Positions 13,671-26,195 of a DNA stretch of 64,000 bases are shown here, piece after piece. Each line of letters opens with the position of its first letter. Position 1 is the first letter of the stretch. Location of the stretch: assembly GCA_051362555.1 (NCBI GenBank), contig CM120648.1, forward strand, positions 14,194,587-14,258,586, read 5' to 3'. The notes under the pieces were generated by a model. It searched no databases. It had not been told where the DNA came from and saw nothing but the letters and a program-made list of their open reading frames with translations. A program made the position numbers and the translations under genes. This DNA is from Lingula anatina. Taxonomy: Eukaryota > Animalia > Brachiopoda.

Positions 13671-15053
13671 AAGACCAAGTAAAGTTATCAGTACAGAAAA
13701 GATATATGCATGACAAGCTGCCAAAGAAATCCATTAGATGCCATCCAGATCAGAATAATAATAAACAAATTGAATTTTTTACATACACTGTTGTCTGTTA
13801 TTTATTCATTAAATTGTTTTTTATGGATTGGGGGTGAAAGGTAGGGTTGATTTTAAAGTAACACTTAAAAGATTTGGCCAAATTTTAAGGGTCACACTTA
13901 AAAAAGTGGGGTTAATTTTATGGTTAGGGTAAGGGTAAGACATAGGGCTAGACTTAGGGCTAGCTAGGATAAGGATTAGGGTTAGCCTTAGGGACCATTC
14001 CCAGTCTATCTCCCTGGGGAGTTTACTAAATTCCCATCAACTTAAAGGGCTTAAATGTCTGTCACGCCTTGTAAAACTGTTAGGGGGTAATTACTTTACC
14101 CTCTAGCTGATTAAGACATTTAAGCTGGTTAAGTTGACAGTAATCTAGTGAGACTCCCCAGGGAGTTAGATCGATCCATATGGATCGGTCTGAGCATGAG
14201 AACCCAGTCCTAAAAGTTGGGCTTAATGTTAGGGTAATGATTAAATGCCATCCACTTTCCCTCTAGGTTACAAACCACTAGAAAAAATCCCATTCACTTT
14301 CATTGTAATGTTTAATTCTTTCCTTGCTTCAACAAACACTTCCACCTACAACCTAAACAGTATACCTTACCAGTATAGCCTTCCAGTCATAATAATTTCA
14401 TTGTAAGTATGGTAACACAGTTTTTTTTCATAACATTTGTGGTGGCAGTGCACAAAGCAGTTTTCTTGTCAATTTTGATGCAATATTACATACTGATTAA
14501 AAGTGAAATTACCACCAACTAAAATATCTAGCATAAATAACATGAATGTGTAGAAAATTTGATTTTTATTCAGTTTCATGCTCGTGAGAGTTCAAAGTCC
14601 CATGGTGAAAATGCCAATAAATTTCACAAAAATGTATAACTTAAGAAAAAGAAGCCAATTAACACTGCCTTTCCAACTCAGGCTGCATTTTTGTCCTAAT
14701 TACTGTAAATACACTTATAGTGTCTGTATATAAAAATCAAGATATCATTTCAGCATAGCCTCCCAGTCACAAGAACTTTACTGTAAGGTGCTGCCCCCAA
14801 GCAGATGAAAAAAGCACTAAAATGCAGCAGAGGGGAGGGTATGCAAAACTGACTGCAGGCAGTAAAATATTACCTTGAAATAGAAAATAACACACCAAAC
14901 TAAAAGAAAATGAACAAATTAATTCCTATAATTCATTAAAAAGCTTTCAAACAATCTGAAATAGAGGAAAAACCTCAATTTTCCCTTGTATGCAAATCTT
15001 CTTGCCTCAAAATTATCAAATAAGGCTGACCAAAAAGTGATGTATAACGTCTA

Positions 15054-15120
<67 letters not shown>

Positions 15121-15314
15121 GACAGGCACAAATGATGTTATCACAGAGATAATATGAAGACAACGTAGCATATGACTAGATGTATAAATTCCATCTCTCT
15201 CTCTCTAACACACACACACACACACACACAGACACACACGCACACACCAAGTCTTCTTTGAGATTAAGTGAAGACACAGAAGCATGACACAATGTTATAG
15301 TTCTAAACAGATAT

Positions 15315-17778
15315 CATGGGCGTAACTAGGCATACGCACGGATGCACTGTGCATACAATTTTTTGAGCCAATCATGATATTATTCTCTATAAATTTAGTG
15401 TATTTTTCACGAAAAATAATCGAAAATCCTCTTCGATTGCAAGTTAGAGTCACCTGAATGTACAAATCTTCTGTATGAATCGTATACGCACCATTGTTCT
15501 GACGCCCCCCGTCTCGTTTGCTTTCACAGAACTGAGGTAAATAAACAATACTAGCTACCTCCAGAAGTCCTATCTTCCTTTGCCTCTTAATTGGAGGTTT
15601 GAATGCCTTTCAACTCTCAGGTAGCCTTTGTCTTAAGTGTGTCGAATGCACACTCGCTGGCGAGATTTATCTCAGATAAAAATCTACCTGTGTTATTTTC
15701 AAAGAGTGCTCCAGCAGACCTGGGGATACTAGATAAAATCTGGACAACGGGCTTTATCAGGAGCCAGAGAAACAAAAAAATATTTACTGCAAAGCTCTAA
15801 AGAATTTTGACACGGACTTGACCCAGCTTAACCCTCTAAACTAACAGGGTGATATGGGCAATTTTCACAAACAAACAGAGCTTTATCCTGTAATATATTT
15901 GTTTGATTTTGGATGATACCATATATAAGTTCAACTTTTAGAAGATTCATCATTAAGCTGACCATGCAGGGCCGTAGCCTGAGCAAAATGCCAGGGGGGG
16001 GGGGGGCAGTAAGCGGACAGGAGGGGGTGAAGCCCCCCAGGGGGGAGGGGGTGCCCCCCTCCCACGGTGTGGAAAATTTTTAAAAACTGTATGTATACTA
16101 CTGCATTCTGGTGCATTTTAAATGTTATTCATTAGTCAATCAGAAGTCAGAAATTGTGGGTTCATTTTGCCATTAGTACAGTCATTTTTTCCACACAACA
16201 CGGAGGGTGAGCTTTTTGGCATAAACTGAGTTGGCTAAAAACAGTACGCCTTTGTAAACAGATTGTTGAATGATTGTCTAGTGGCCATGAGTGCCTTTTC
16301 TCACAGAATTGATACAAACTTTGCAATTATTTTTTTTACCTTTGCGATCATTTTTTGCACCCCAATTTCCAGGGGGGGGGGGGGGGGGGGCAGCTGCCCC
16401 CCTGCCCCCCCGGAGGCTACGGCCCTGCCATGGATAGCAAGAAGGTGTAAGAATCCTACAACGATCAACTGTTCTTAAGATTATTTTCTGACAACTCGGG
16501 ATAACCGCAACAAACCAGGTCGAACAAAGGTGCCTCACCGTTATTTAGAATTTAGCTTGATACAAGCGGGCATAATTTGCATATGTTTTCAAAGTTTGTG
16601 TCAGTAAGCCCCTAGTTCAATAAATATACCATTCTAAGCAAGGCTTTTTTCAGCGAGCCCTCCAGCTGCCAATTGAACGGCCGCTGTCATCACTGGACGG
16701 CCTATGTTTTCAAATTTAGAAGGCTGGATGGCTTACGATTAAAAAAGTCTTGACTTGTCGGGGCAGCTGTGGACGTCGTATGAAAATCCATTGCAGTAAT
16801 TTGACGTATGAATATTATACTACTTTGTAGTGCACGCTGTTTTTCAGTCACGACGTAACTACTACCTAGCTTACAAAACACAATAAAATGTTTCCATTGA
16901 CTTTAAAATATATAATGCAGAAGTGACAAGAATGGTCTACATTCGGTACTAAATGAAATATGACCTAACTTGCCGCCAAATTATGAAAGGGGACACCTTT
17001 CGGATCTTTATACGTATGGCACCTGACAAAGCTAATACATAACAAAGGCAATTTTTATATCTTCGGCGAGAGCTTGTTCGCAATCCGAAAGAAACGAGAA
17101 GGCAATTTTCATATTTGTTCAAGAGACTTCGTTAACCGAGGATCGGGAACAAGAGATAGTTACCGACCGCAGCGAGATGAGAAGCCAATTTTCGTATCTT
17201 CAGCAGGAGATCGAGCATGATCTGAGCGAAAAGAGAAAGCAATTTTCTCATTCGTTCAATGGACTTCGTTCGCAGAAGATCATCAGCCAGGGATCGTTCG
17301 CGATCCGAGCGAGACGAGAAGCCAATTTTTATATTCATACAAGGGCGTTCTTTCGTGGAAGAGCGTGACGGGAGATCGGTATCAATTATTTTTAACCCAC
17401 TTTCCCAATGAAATTTATTATTAAAAAAAGATTCCATTAATTTTTACCCCACCCCCACCCCCGCTCACGGCTTTTGGAAAAGTTTGAGGCCCTGAAATTT
17501 TGAAGTAAGATACAGATGGCAATTATGTATGGCCTGTACCCCAATCCCGGAAAAAGCGTTGGTTCAGGGTGAAATAATTTACTGGAACTCAATTATATTG
17601 AGGGAATATTTTAAACTTTAAGTAATGATTTTATAAACGGTGAAAACTAAGCTATTATATGTGGCACATATAATTTAAACTGCCCTTCATCTTTTGCGTA
17701 AGTCGATCTACATTTAGCTATACCTGGGAATTTTAAAATTCTGTGCGTACAATTTTAAAAGGTCTGGTTACGCCCCTG
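15315..17778. mobile_element. Non-autonomous TIR DNA transposon, 2464 bp, 5-bp TSD (hAT-like termini)
   Basis: Empty site aaacaGATATtctccc in sister units. Here GATAT-catgggcgtaactag...ctggttacgcccctg-GATAT, an imperfect 15-bp TIR. Subterminal ctgtgc(a/g)tacaatt near both ends; no convincing ORF. Confidence 0.9.
15967..16427. mobile_element. 461-bp MITE nested in the 15315-17778 element, 5-bp TSD
   Basis: Perfect 14-bp TIR CAGGGCCGTAGCCT...AGGCTACGGCCCTG flanked by CCATG on both sides; poly-G/poly-C subterminal tracts. Confidence 0.93.
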
Positions 17779-18050
17779 GATATTCTCCCTGTTCACGTTG
17801 GCCTATGTGTTATGTAGAGCATTAAATTAATTGTAATGTTATGACAATACTTGATGAGATGAACACTTGTTTCTTTTAAATTTCTTCTGTTTTTGACTTT
17901 CGATTCATACAGCTTTCAATATCAGCATGATTTCATACCTTTATTTTGTTTAGTTTTTTACATAAATTTTGAAGTTTATGAAGCTTTTAACACTAAATTC
18001 TCAAACACAAAAAAGGTCCACTCCTTCGATAAAAGACCCCTCCTCCCCTT

Positions 18051-19048
18051 TTGAAATTGCTTGCTAAGGGGCCTGCTGTGAGATGTGTTCAGAACACTGG
18101 GGTCTCTACTCTGCTACAGCAACCACCAACTCCAGCACTGGTGATAAAGCAGACCTTGAAGGCATGTGTGGTGGAAATGCAAAGGGACACTGAGCCAACA
18201 CTTGAGAAATACTGCATTTTAGCAGGTGATTCATATGCACTAAAGGGCTACCAACCTACTTCACAGTAATATCCCTCCAGTCCTACTGAAATTCATAGCC
18301 AACCATCACCTCAGTCTTGGACAGAATTCATGTGCACTGGCCAAAGTATCCTGGAGCTCTGGGATGTTTTCTAGACAACTGAAAATGGACAATTAAAAAC
18401 TGATTAACAGACTCAATGATGATGTTAAGCGGCAGTGTGCTATGAAATTTTCACTGTATATAACAGGCAGGTGCTGGGGATGTGAACATGATGATAAAAA
18501 AACTGACCTATACCAGTGATGCCATGATTGAATGTTAACATGTGAACCATTACTTGTGCATAACACGAGGCAAGTCATTCACATATGCCTGGGTACAAAT
18601 AGGTACCACTGGAACAAGCCCATGCTACCAGATGGCTATATATGACTGATGAGGAGAAAGATAAATTAAGACAAGCTATATTGGCTAAAAAAAAGACAGA
18701 AATGCAGTACGTGCTCATTCAGGAATTTAATAGTAACAGCCAGAAGCAGAAGCAGGGAACCACTGAAACTAATACATCAACAAACCCAAAATGTGTCACC
18801 ATGTAAAGTGAATTTCAGTGGCAGCTTGGACACGCAGTGCAGTCTTCAAGGTAAACAGTGGACCAGGCCAGTCTACCGGTACAGTGCAACTTGTGGATCA
18901 TGCTGGGGCCATCCTTGTCCCCAATTCCTGTGTTCGGCGTTAGCTGAAAAGTGAAGATGAACAAGTGAAAATGAGAAAGGACTTTTAAATACAAGCCAGA
19001 TACATGCAAAACAAGAACTGTTTTGAGAAAATATCTAATGTATGACTC
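18051..19048 (+). pseudogene. Decayed Kolobok-type transposase core, unit 6 (variant B)
   Basis: Same motifs, with diagnostic variants (ttttcactgtatataacagg, A7 run, gtctaccggtacagtg). Confidence 0.72.
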
Positions 19049-19555
19049 GAGACCAAGTAAAGTTATCAGTACAGAAAAGATATATGCATGACAAGCTGCC
19101 AAAGAAATCCATTAGATGCCATCCAGATCAGAATAATAATAAACAAATTGAATTTTTTACATACACTGTTGTCTGTTATTTATTCATTAAACTGTTTTTT
19201 ATGGATTGGGAGTGAAAGGTAGGGTTGATTTTAAAGTAACACTTAAAAGAACTGGCTAATTTTCAAGGGTCACACTTTAAAAAGTGGGGTTAATTTTAAG
19301 GTTAGAGTAAGGGTAAGACATAGGGCTTGACTAAGGGCTAGGATAAGGATTAGGGTTAGTCTTATAGGGACCATTCCCACAGATATTTGGATCAGTCTAT
19401 CTCCCTGGGGAGTTTACTAAATTCCCATCAACTTAAAGGGCTTAAATGTCTGTCACGCCTTGTAAAACTGTTAGGGGGTAATTACCTTTACCCTCTAGCT
19501 GATTAAGACATTTAAGCTGGTTAAGTTGACAGTAACCTAGTGAGCCTCCCCGGGG

Positions 19556-19721
19556 CGTAATTACTGGTAGCGCGAGCCAGTTACTTATAGTAACTTATAG
19601 TAACTGGCTCGCGCTGCCAGTAATTACGCTGCGGGATATTCAGGGCACAGATAGTGATCATAAGACATACCGCAAATAGAAAATAAAATTTAGAAAATAG
19701 ACATTGCATGTGAATGAAGCC
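19556..19721. mobile_element. Partially deleted copy of the palindromic Harbinger-type MITE (left arm lost)
   Basis: Matches 38241-38406; ends gaagcc-tta. Confidence 0.85.
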
Positions 19722-20647
19722 TTACAGGCCATACTTCTGATATTGCTCAGTGCAGGACACATAATTGTGTTTTGATATTGATCCATTTTAAGCATTACAG
19801 TTGCCATAGAAATTTAAAAAACACTTTCCCTCTAGGTTACAAACCACTATAAAAAATCCCATTCACTTTCATTGTAAGGTTTAATTCTTTCCTTGTTCAA
19901 CAAACACTTCCACCTAAGATTTAAACAGTATACCTTACCAGTATAGCCTTCCAGTCACAATAATTTCACTGTAAGTATGGTAACACATTTTTTTTCATAA
20001 CGTTTGTGGTGGCAGTGCACAAAGCAGTTTGCTTGTCAATTTTGATGCAATATTACATACTGATTAAATCTGAAATTACCACCAACTAAAATATCTAACA
20101 TAAATAACATGAATGTGTAGAAAATTTGATTTTTTTTCAGCTTCATGCTCGTGGGAGTTCAAAGTCCCATAGTGAAAATGCCAATAAATTTCACAAAAAT
20201 GTATAACTTAAGAAAAAGAAGCCAATTAACACTGCCTTTCCAACTCAGGCTGCATTTTAGTCCTAATTACTGTAAATACACTTATTGTGTCTGTATATAA
20301 AAATCAAGATATCTTATCAACATAGCCTCCCAGTCACAAGAACTTTACTGTAAGGTGCTGCCCCCAAGCAGATGAAAAAAGCACTAAAATGCAGCAGAGG
20401 GGAGGGTATGCAAAACTGACTGCAGGCAGTAAAATATCACCTTGAAATAGAAAATAACACACCAAACTAAAAGAAAATGAACAAATTAATTCCTATAATT
20501 CATTAAAAAGCTTCCAAACAATCTGAAATAGAGGAAAAACCTCAATTTTCCCTTGTATGCAAATCTTCTTGCCTCAAAATTATCAAATAAGGCTGACCAA
20601 AAAGTGATGTATAATGTCTATCTCTCTCCTACACACACACACACACA

Positions 20648-20715
<68 letters not shown>

Positions 20716-20802
20716 GACAGGCACAAATGATGTCATCACTGAGATTATATGAAGACAACGTAGCATATGACTAGATGTATAAATTCCATCTCTCTCTCTC
20801 TA

Positions 20803-20833
<31 letters not shown>

Positions 20834-20928
20834 GACAGGCACAAATGATGTCATCACTGAGATTATATGAAGACAACGTAGCATATGACTAGATGTATAA
20901 ATTCCATCTCTCTCTCTCTAACACACAC

Positions 20929-20992
<64 letters not shown>

Positions 20993-21299
20993 AAGTCTTC
21001 TTTGAGATTAAGTGAAGACACAGAAGCATGACACAATGTTATAGTTCTAAACAGATATTCTCCCTGTTCACGTTGGCCTATGTGTTATGTAGAGCATTAA
21101 ATTAATTGTAATGTTATGACAATACTTGATAAGATGAACACTTGTTTCTTTTAAATTTCTTCTGTTTTTGACTTTCGATTCATACAGCTTTCAATATCAG
21201 CATGATTTCATACCTTTATTTTGTTTAGTTTTTTTACATAAATTTTGAAGTTTATGAAGCTTTTAACACTAAATTCTCAAACACAAAAAAGGTCCACTC

Positions 21300-21578
21300 T
21301 GTAACATTATCTTCTTGTTTTTGGTAAATGTCATCAAAGTTCACAAGCTTCCATTAGTGGCATTTTTTGAATGACCCTTGGTCACCTACAGATTACACTT
21401 GATGACAGTTCTCAGCCATTGTTAAAGTAAACAGGTGTTCCTCATACTTTTTAATGTACATGTATATACAAGCCTAACACTTCACAATAAACTTTCGTAG
21501 AAGTCAGACGCATTGTTGTTGTCTCTCTCCTGAATAGAGTCCGGCACATTGGACTCAGTAAAGAGCCATCATATTACA
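21300..21578 (+). repeat. 5' LTR (279 bp)
   Basis: TGTAAC...ATTACA, contains AATAAA; no difference from 25917-26195 seen by eye. Confidence 0.97.
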
Positions 21579-21593
21579 TGGTGTCAGAAGTGG
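21579..21593 (+). promoter_or_regulatory. Primer-binding site, tRNA-Leu type
   Basis: TGGTGTCAGAAGTGG directly after the LTR; complementary to the 3' end of tRNA-Leu (...CCACTTCTGACACCA). Confidence 0.85.
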
Positions 21594-21654
21594 TTGCCAG
21601 ACATAGGCAACAGTGACGATCCGTGGCAGTTTTAACATTGTGTTAACTGTTAGC

Positions 21655-24600
21655 ATGGAACTCACTGGTATCCCAACACCTTCCATGGACTGGAGTGCGT
21701 CTAATCTTCCTGAACAGTGGAAAAAATTTCACAGTCTCGTGGAACTTATTTTTAATGGGCCACTAAAGGAAAAGGAAGAGAAAGTGAAGGTGACTTATCT
21801 CTTGTTATGGATAGGAGACAAGGGGAGAGAAATAAAGTCAACTTGGACAAATCTGGACGAACCAGACAAGCTGCAGTCATATTATGACCGTTTTAAAGCC
21901 CATGTGCAGCCGAAACTGAATCCCATCTTCGCGCGGTTCAAGTTTAACAATGAAACTCAAGGTGCATCTACCGTTGAACAATTTATCACTCGTTTGCGGA
22001 CACTTGCTGTTGACTGTGCATACACAAATGCAGAAGAGATGATCCGAGACAGGATCGTATTTGGTACCTCATCAGAGAAAGTGAGGGAAAAACTCATAAA
22101 TGAAGGTGACAAGCTGACACTCGACAAAGCTGTGCAGATAGCCCAGTCGTACGAGTATTCAATGGAACAACTCAAGACAATGGGAAAAGAGGTCAGCAGC
22201 ATTAAGAAACAACCTCCACGTACAGGCAACTGGAGACATGTGAACAGACAGAAGAAACAGCAAAAGCAGGACAGACATGAGTGTAACAATTGTGGCTACG
22301 AGCATGCCAAGACTGATAGATGTCCGGCTAAGGGTAAACAGTGTAATAACTGTAAGAAATTCAATCACTTTGCTAAAAAATGTCGCAAAAGTATTGCTAA
22401 AAAACATGTTAATGAGTTGCAAGCTTTGCCAGATCAGCCCGATTCTGATTCTGATTCAGATTCACAATTTATTGTAGATAGTATTGACATGTCAGAGGGT
22501 TTAGATCAAGCATTTTGCCATGTAGAAATTGGTCCAGCAAAGATCAGTGTTAAGTTTAAGATTGACACAGGTTCTCAAGTGAACATTTTACCCAAGCATG
22601 TGTTTGACTCAATAGGTCATGTAGACGACCTGAAACCTCCTAGTCAGAAGCTTACTGCTTATAATGGTCATTCACTAAAAAACTTAGGGTCTGCAAATTT
22701 CACTTGTCAGTATAAGAAAAAGTCCATTGAACTTCTGTTTCACGTCGTTGATACAGAATCTTCACCGATACTTGGTTTGAAAGCATGTATGGACTTGTGC
22801 CTGATTAAGTTAGTGTATGCGTGCGATGTAGATGCTGATGTGAAGCGAGAGCTGGTCGGAAAAAGAGATTCTAGTAAACCCAGCCAAAATCTGAACAAAT
22901 CCGAGTTTGGTAAAGACCAAATATTGCATGAATACAAAGACGTATTCGAGGGTATAGGATTGTTCCCAGGTGAATGTGTAATTCACACTGATCCCGACGT
23001 AATTCCTGTTGTTCACCCCCCTCGCAAAGTGCCGCATGCACTTCATGAAAAGCTCAAAAATGAACTTGAGCGTATGGAGAAGCTTGATGTGATTTGTAAA
23101 GTCACAGAGCCCACAGAATGGGTAAATTCTCTAGTGATTGTTGAGAAGCCTGAATCAAGCTCAGGTAAGGTACGTGTGTGCCTGGATCCCAAAGACCTAA
23201 ATAGAGCTATTTTGAGACCCCATTACCCCCCTAGAACATTAGAAGAAGTATTACCCCAGTTAGCAGGTGCTCAATACTTCAGTAAGTTGGATGCAAGGTC
23301 AGGGTATTGGACAATTAAACTATCCACAGAATCCTCATACCTTACGACGTTTAATACGCCATTTGGTAGATACAGATATCTGCGACTGCCTTTTGGTTTG
23401 AGATCGTCGCAGGATGAGTTTCAGAGAAGGGTAGACGAAAATTTTGAGGGTCTTGACGGTGTAATAGCCTTAGTAGATGACATCATAGTGTTTGGAAAAA
23501 ACAGAGAACAGCATGACCGAAATCTGCGTAATGTTCTACAAAGATCACGTGAGTGTGGGATCAAACTCAACAGAGAAAAAATGGAAATCGGCGTGACTAA
23601 AGTAAAATATTTTGGTCACATTATCACATCAAAAGGCTTAGAGCCTGACCCGGAAAAGGTCAAAGCAATTAGGGAGATGAAAGCCCCGACTAATAAGAAA
23701 GAGTTAGAGACTTTTCTGGGTATGGTGACATACCTAGCTAAATTTGCTCCCAACCTTTCAGAGATTACCACCCCCCTTCGCAAGTTACTTGCAAAAGACA
23801 TGATTTTTCATTGGATCGATGAGCATGAGAAAGCTCTCAATGAAGTAAAAGAGGTAATCACAGCGGCCCCAAGTCCTACGTTAACGTATTTTGACCCCAG
23901 CCAGGTCACTACCTTACAGACTGATGCCTCTAAGTATGGTTTAGGTGCTGCACTGTTGCAGGATGGAAAACCCATAGCTTATGCATCCAAAGCTCTCAAT
24001 ACATCAGAAATCAACTATGCCCAAATAGAAAAAGAAATGTTTGGGATAGTTTTTGGGTGTAAGAGATTTCACCAATATGTTTATGGCCGTAAAGTAGTAG
24101 TGGAGACAGACCACAAACCTTTAATTCCTATATTCAAGAAGCCCTTGAATACAGCCCCTCCACGCTTGCAGAGAATGCTGTTACAATTACAGCGATACGA
24201 TCTGGAGGTAATTTACAAACCAGGTACACAGATACCACTTGCAGACACATTGTCTCGCAATTTTGTAAAAGACACCTACCCAGAGCTCGCTAAAGGAATG
24301 GATGCACACATACATGCAGTGCTCTCAAAAATTCCTATTAGTGATAGAAAGTTAGACGAAATTCGTCAAGAAACTGAACAAACTGAACAGTTTCAGACTT
24401 TGCGCAAAACCGTTTTAAATGGTTGGCCTGTTAAAAGGAGTGATTGCCCCTCTGAGATTATAGAATTTTGGAATCACAGAGACGAATTGTCTTACATTGA
24501 TGGCCTACTGCTCAAAGGTCAAAAGGTTATCGTACCCCAGAAACTAAGGGTGAAAATGCTGCATTCTATACACACAGGTCACAAAGGAATAGAGAAATGC

Positions 24601-25698
24601 CAAAAACGAGCCAGATCAGCAATTTTTTGGCCAGGCATGTCAGGTGACATTAATGATTTTGTTTCCAAGTGCCCCATTTGTCTCATGCAAAGAAATAACA
24701 ACCCTAAACAACCTTTGCAGCCACACCCCATCCCTGATTACCCCTGGCAAACAGTTGCCACTGATTTGTTTACATGGGATGGAAAGGATTTCATAGTTGT
24801 AGTTGATTATTACAGTCGATACTTTGAGGTAGCTCAACTTACCTCTACTCAAAGTTATCAGGTAATCAGCAAGTTAAAGGTTATATTTGCTAGATTTGGA
24901 ATCCCAGAAACTGTCATTTCAGACAATGGTCCTCAGTACGCCTCTCAGGAGTTCACTGATTTCTCTAAGCAATATGATTTCAAACATGTGACCTCCAGCC
25001 CCAATTACCCTCAGTCCAACGGACTAGCTGAGAAATATGTCCAAATTGTAAAGAGACTGTTTGAAAAGTCAAAGTCTGATAAATCTGACCCTAATTTGGC
25101 CTTATTGGAATACAGGGTGTCCCCCCTTGACATCGGATACTCCCCAGCGCAGTTATTACAAGGACGGCAGTTGCGTTCTGTTTTACCTGCCACCAATCAA
25201 CAGTTGTGTCCCCAGTTCATTGATCCTGGAAAGGTCAAACATAAGATAGATTTAAGTCGTCAAAAGCAGAAGAAATTTTATGACCATGGTTCCCGACCCC
25301 TTCCCCCTATAACTGTAGGTGAGTCAGTCAGATTTCAGCGAAATGACAAGTTATGGAAACCTGCCAATGTCATTGATAAGGTGAATGAAAATTCATTTGT
25401 TTTACAAGCTCCTAATGGTGGTATATATCGACGTAACAGGCGTCATATTCTCAAAACAAAAGAGCCCAATGTTCCTCATGACACTGACCCACAAGTGCCT
25501 ATTTGCACTGAGAATCTGGTTAATAAATCCAGTGATCTTAAAATTCTAGCAGATCACCCAGAGCCTGCTGTAAATGCCCCAGTTAAGTCCCCAGTTAAAG
25601 TCAAATCAACCCCTCAGAAAGATGAATGTCATACACCCCAGCCCTATGTAACACGAGCTGGCAGAGTTTGCAAACAAAAAATTATAGAATCTATGTAA
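21655..25698 (+). CDS. gag-pol: Gag-Pol polyprotein (Gag with two CCHC knuckles, protease, RT, RNase H, integrase)
   Basis: Open frame from 21613 with first ATG at 21655. CNNCGYEH..C and CNNCKKFNH..C knuckles; IDTGSQVN protease; KLDARSGYW and LVDD in RT; TDAS RNase H; H..H/CPIC zinc motif and ATDLF, SDNGPQY, GLAE integrase motifs. PR-RT-RH-IN order is Gypsy. Confidence 0.97.
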   Translation: MELTGIPTPSMDWSASNLPEQWKKFHSLVELIFNGPLKEKEEKVKVTYLLLWIGDKGREIKSTWTNLDEPDKLQSYYDRFKAHVQPKLNPIFARFKFNNETQGASTVEQFITRLRTLAVDCAYTNAEEMIRDRIVFGTSSEKVREKLINEGDKLTLDKAVQIAQSYEYSMEQLKTMGKEVSSIKKQPPRTGNWRHVNRQKKQQKQDRHECNNCGYEHAKTDRCPAKGKQCNNCKKFNHFAKKCRKSIAKKHVNELQALPDQPDSDSDSDSQFIVDSIDMSEGLDQAFCHVEIGPAKISVKFKIDTGSQVNILPKHVFDSIGHVDDLKPPSQKLTAYNGHSLKNLGSANFTCQYKKKSIELLFHVVDTESSPILGLKACMDLCLIKLVYACDVDADVKRELVGKRDSSKPSQNLNKSEFGKDQILHEYKDVFEGIGLFPGECVIHTDPDVIPVVHPPRKVPHALHEKLKNELERMEKLDVICKVTEPTEWVNSLVIVEKPESSSGKVRVCLDPKDLNRAILRPHYPPRTLEEVLPQLAGAQYFSKLDARSGYWTIKLSTESSYLTTFNTPFGRYRYLRLPFGLRSSQDEFQRRVDENFEGLDGVIALVDDIIVFGKNREQHDRNLRNVLQRSRECGIKLNREKMEIGVTKVKYFGHIITSKGLEPDPEKVKAIREMKAPTNKKELETFLGMVTYLAKFAPNLSEITTPLRKLLAKDMIFHWIDEHEKALNEVKEVITAAPSPTLTYFDPSQVTTLQTDASKYGLGAALLQDGKPIAYASKALNTSEINYAQIEKEMFGIVFGCKRFHQYVYGRKVVVETDHKPLIPIFKKPLNTAPPRLQRMLLQLQRYDLEVIYKPGTQIPLADTLSRNFVKDTYPELAKGMDAHIHAVLSKIPISDRKLDEIRQETEQTEQFQTLRKTVLNGWPVKRSDCPSEIIEFWNHRDELSYIDGLLLKGQKVIVPQKLRVKMLHSIHTGHKGIEKCQKRARSAIFWPGMSGDINDFVSKCPICLMQRNNNPKQPLQPHPIPDYPWQTVATDLFTWDGKDFIVVVDYYSRYFEVAQLTSTQSYQVISKLKVIFARFGIPETVISDNGPQYASQEFTDFSKQYDFKHVTSSPNYPQSNGLAEKYVQIVKRLFEKSKSDKSDPNLALLEYRVSPLDIGYSPAQLLQGRQLRSVLPATNQQLCPQFIDPGKVKHKIDLSRQKQKKFYDHGSRPLPPITVGESVRFQRNDKLWKPANVIDKVNENSFVLQAPNGGIYRRNRRHILKTKEPNVPHDTDPQVPICTENLVNKSSDLKILADHPEPAVNAPVKSPVKVKSTPQKDECHTPQPYVTRAGRVCKQKIIESM

Positions 25699-25903
25699 TT
25701 TTTGCAAAGTGATATAAAAGACTTTAGAGGAAATTACCCTTGGACAAAAGGATATGAACTTAACTTTATCAAGAATTTTTTCAATGACAGTATATGTTCA
25801 CTATTGGATACACATATCTGACAGGCAGTACTAACAAGCACATATTGCCAGTGCAGGGATATTTCACCAAGACTATGACTGTTAACACCCAGGACATTTG
25901 ATT

Positions 25904-25916
25904 GAAGAAAGGGAGA
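25904..25916 (+). promoter_or_regulatory. Polypurine tract
   Basis: GAAGAAAGGGAGA immediately before the 3' LTR. Confidence 0.9.
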
Positions 25917-26195
25917 TGTAACATTATCTTCTTGTTTTTGGTAAATGTCATCAAAGTTCACAAGCTTCCATTAGTGGCATTTTTTGAATGACCCTTGGTC
26001 ACCTACAGATTACACTTGATGACAGTTCTCAGCCATTGTTAAAGTAAACAGGTGTTCCTCATACTTTTTAATGTACATGTATATACAAGCCTAACACTTC
26101 ACAATAAACTTTCGTAGAAGTCAGACGCATTGTTGTTGTCTCTCTCCTGAATAGAGTCCGGCACATTGGACTCAGTAAAGAGCCATCATATTACA
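25917..26195 (+). repeat. 3' LTR (279 bp)
   Basis: Direct repeat of 21300-21578. Confidence 0.97.

Larger units (their letters stand above)
21300..26195 (+). mobile_element. Full-length Ty3/Gypsy LTR retrotransposon (Mag-like), 4896 bp
   Basis: TG...CA LTRs, 5-bp TSD CACTC (21295-21299 / 26196-26200; empty site ggtcCACTCcttcg in sister units), PBS, PPT and a single intact gag-pol ORF. Confidence 0.98.

Noticed and set aside
17040-17340. CRISPR-like repeat-spacer pattern
   Set aside because: Repeats are short and degenerate, intervals resemble each other, there are no cas genes and the context is eukaryotic.
23470-23481. RT active site LVDD instead of YxDD as a sign of inactivity or novelty
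   Set aside because: Non-Tyr xxDD variants are common in Mag-type Gypsy elements.
21957-25249. Small overlapping or antisense ORFs within gag-pol
   Set aside because: Shadow frames of the long ORF.
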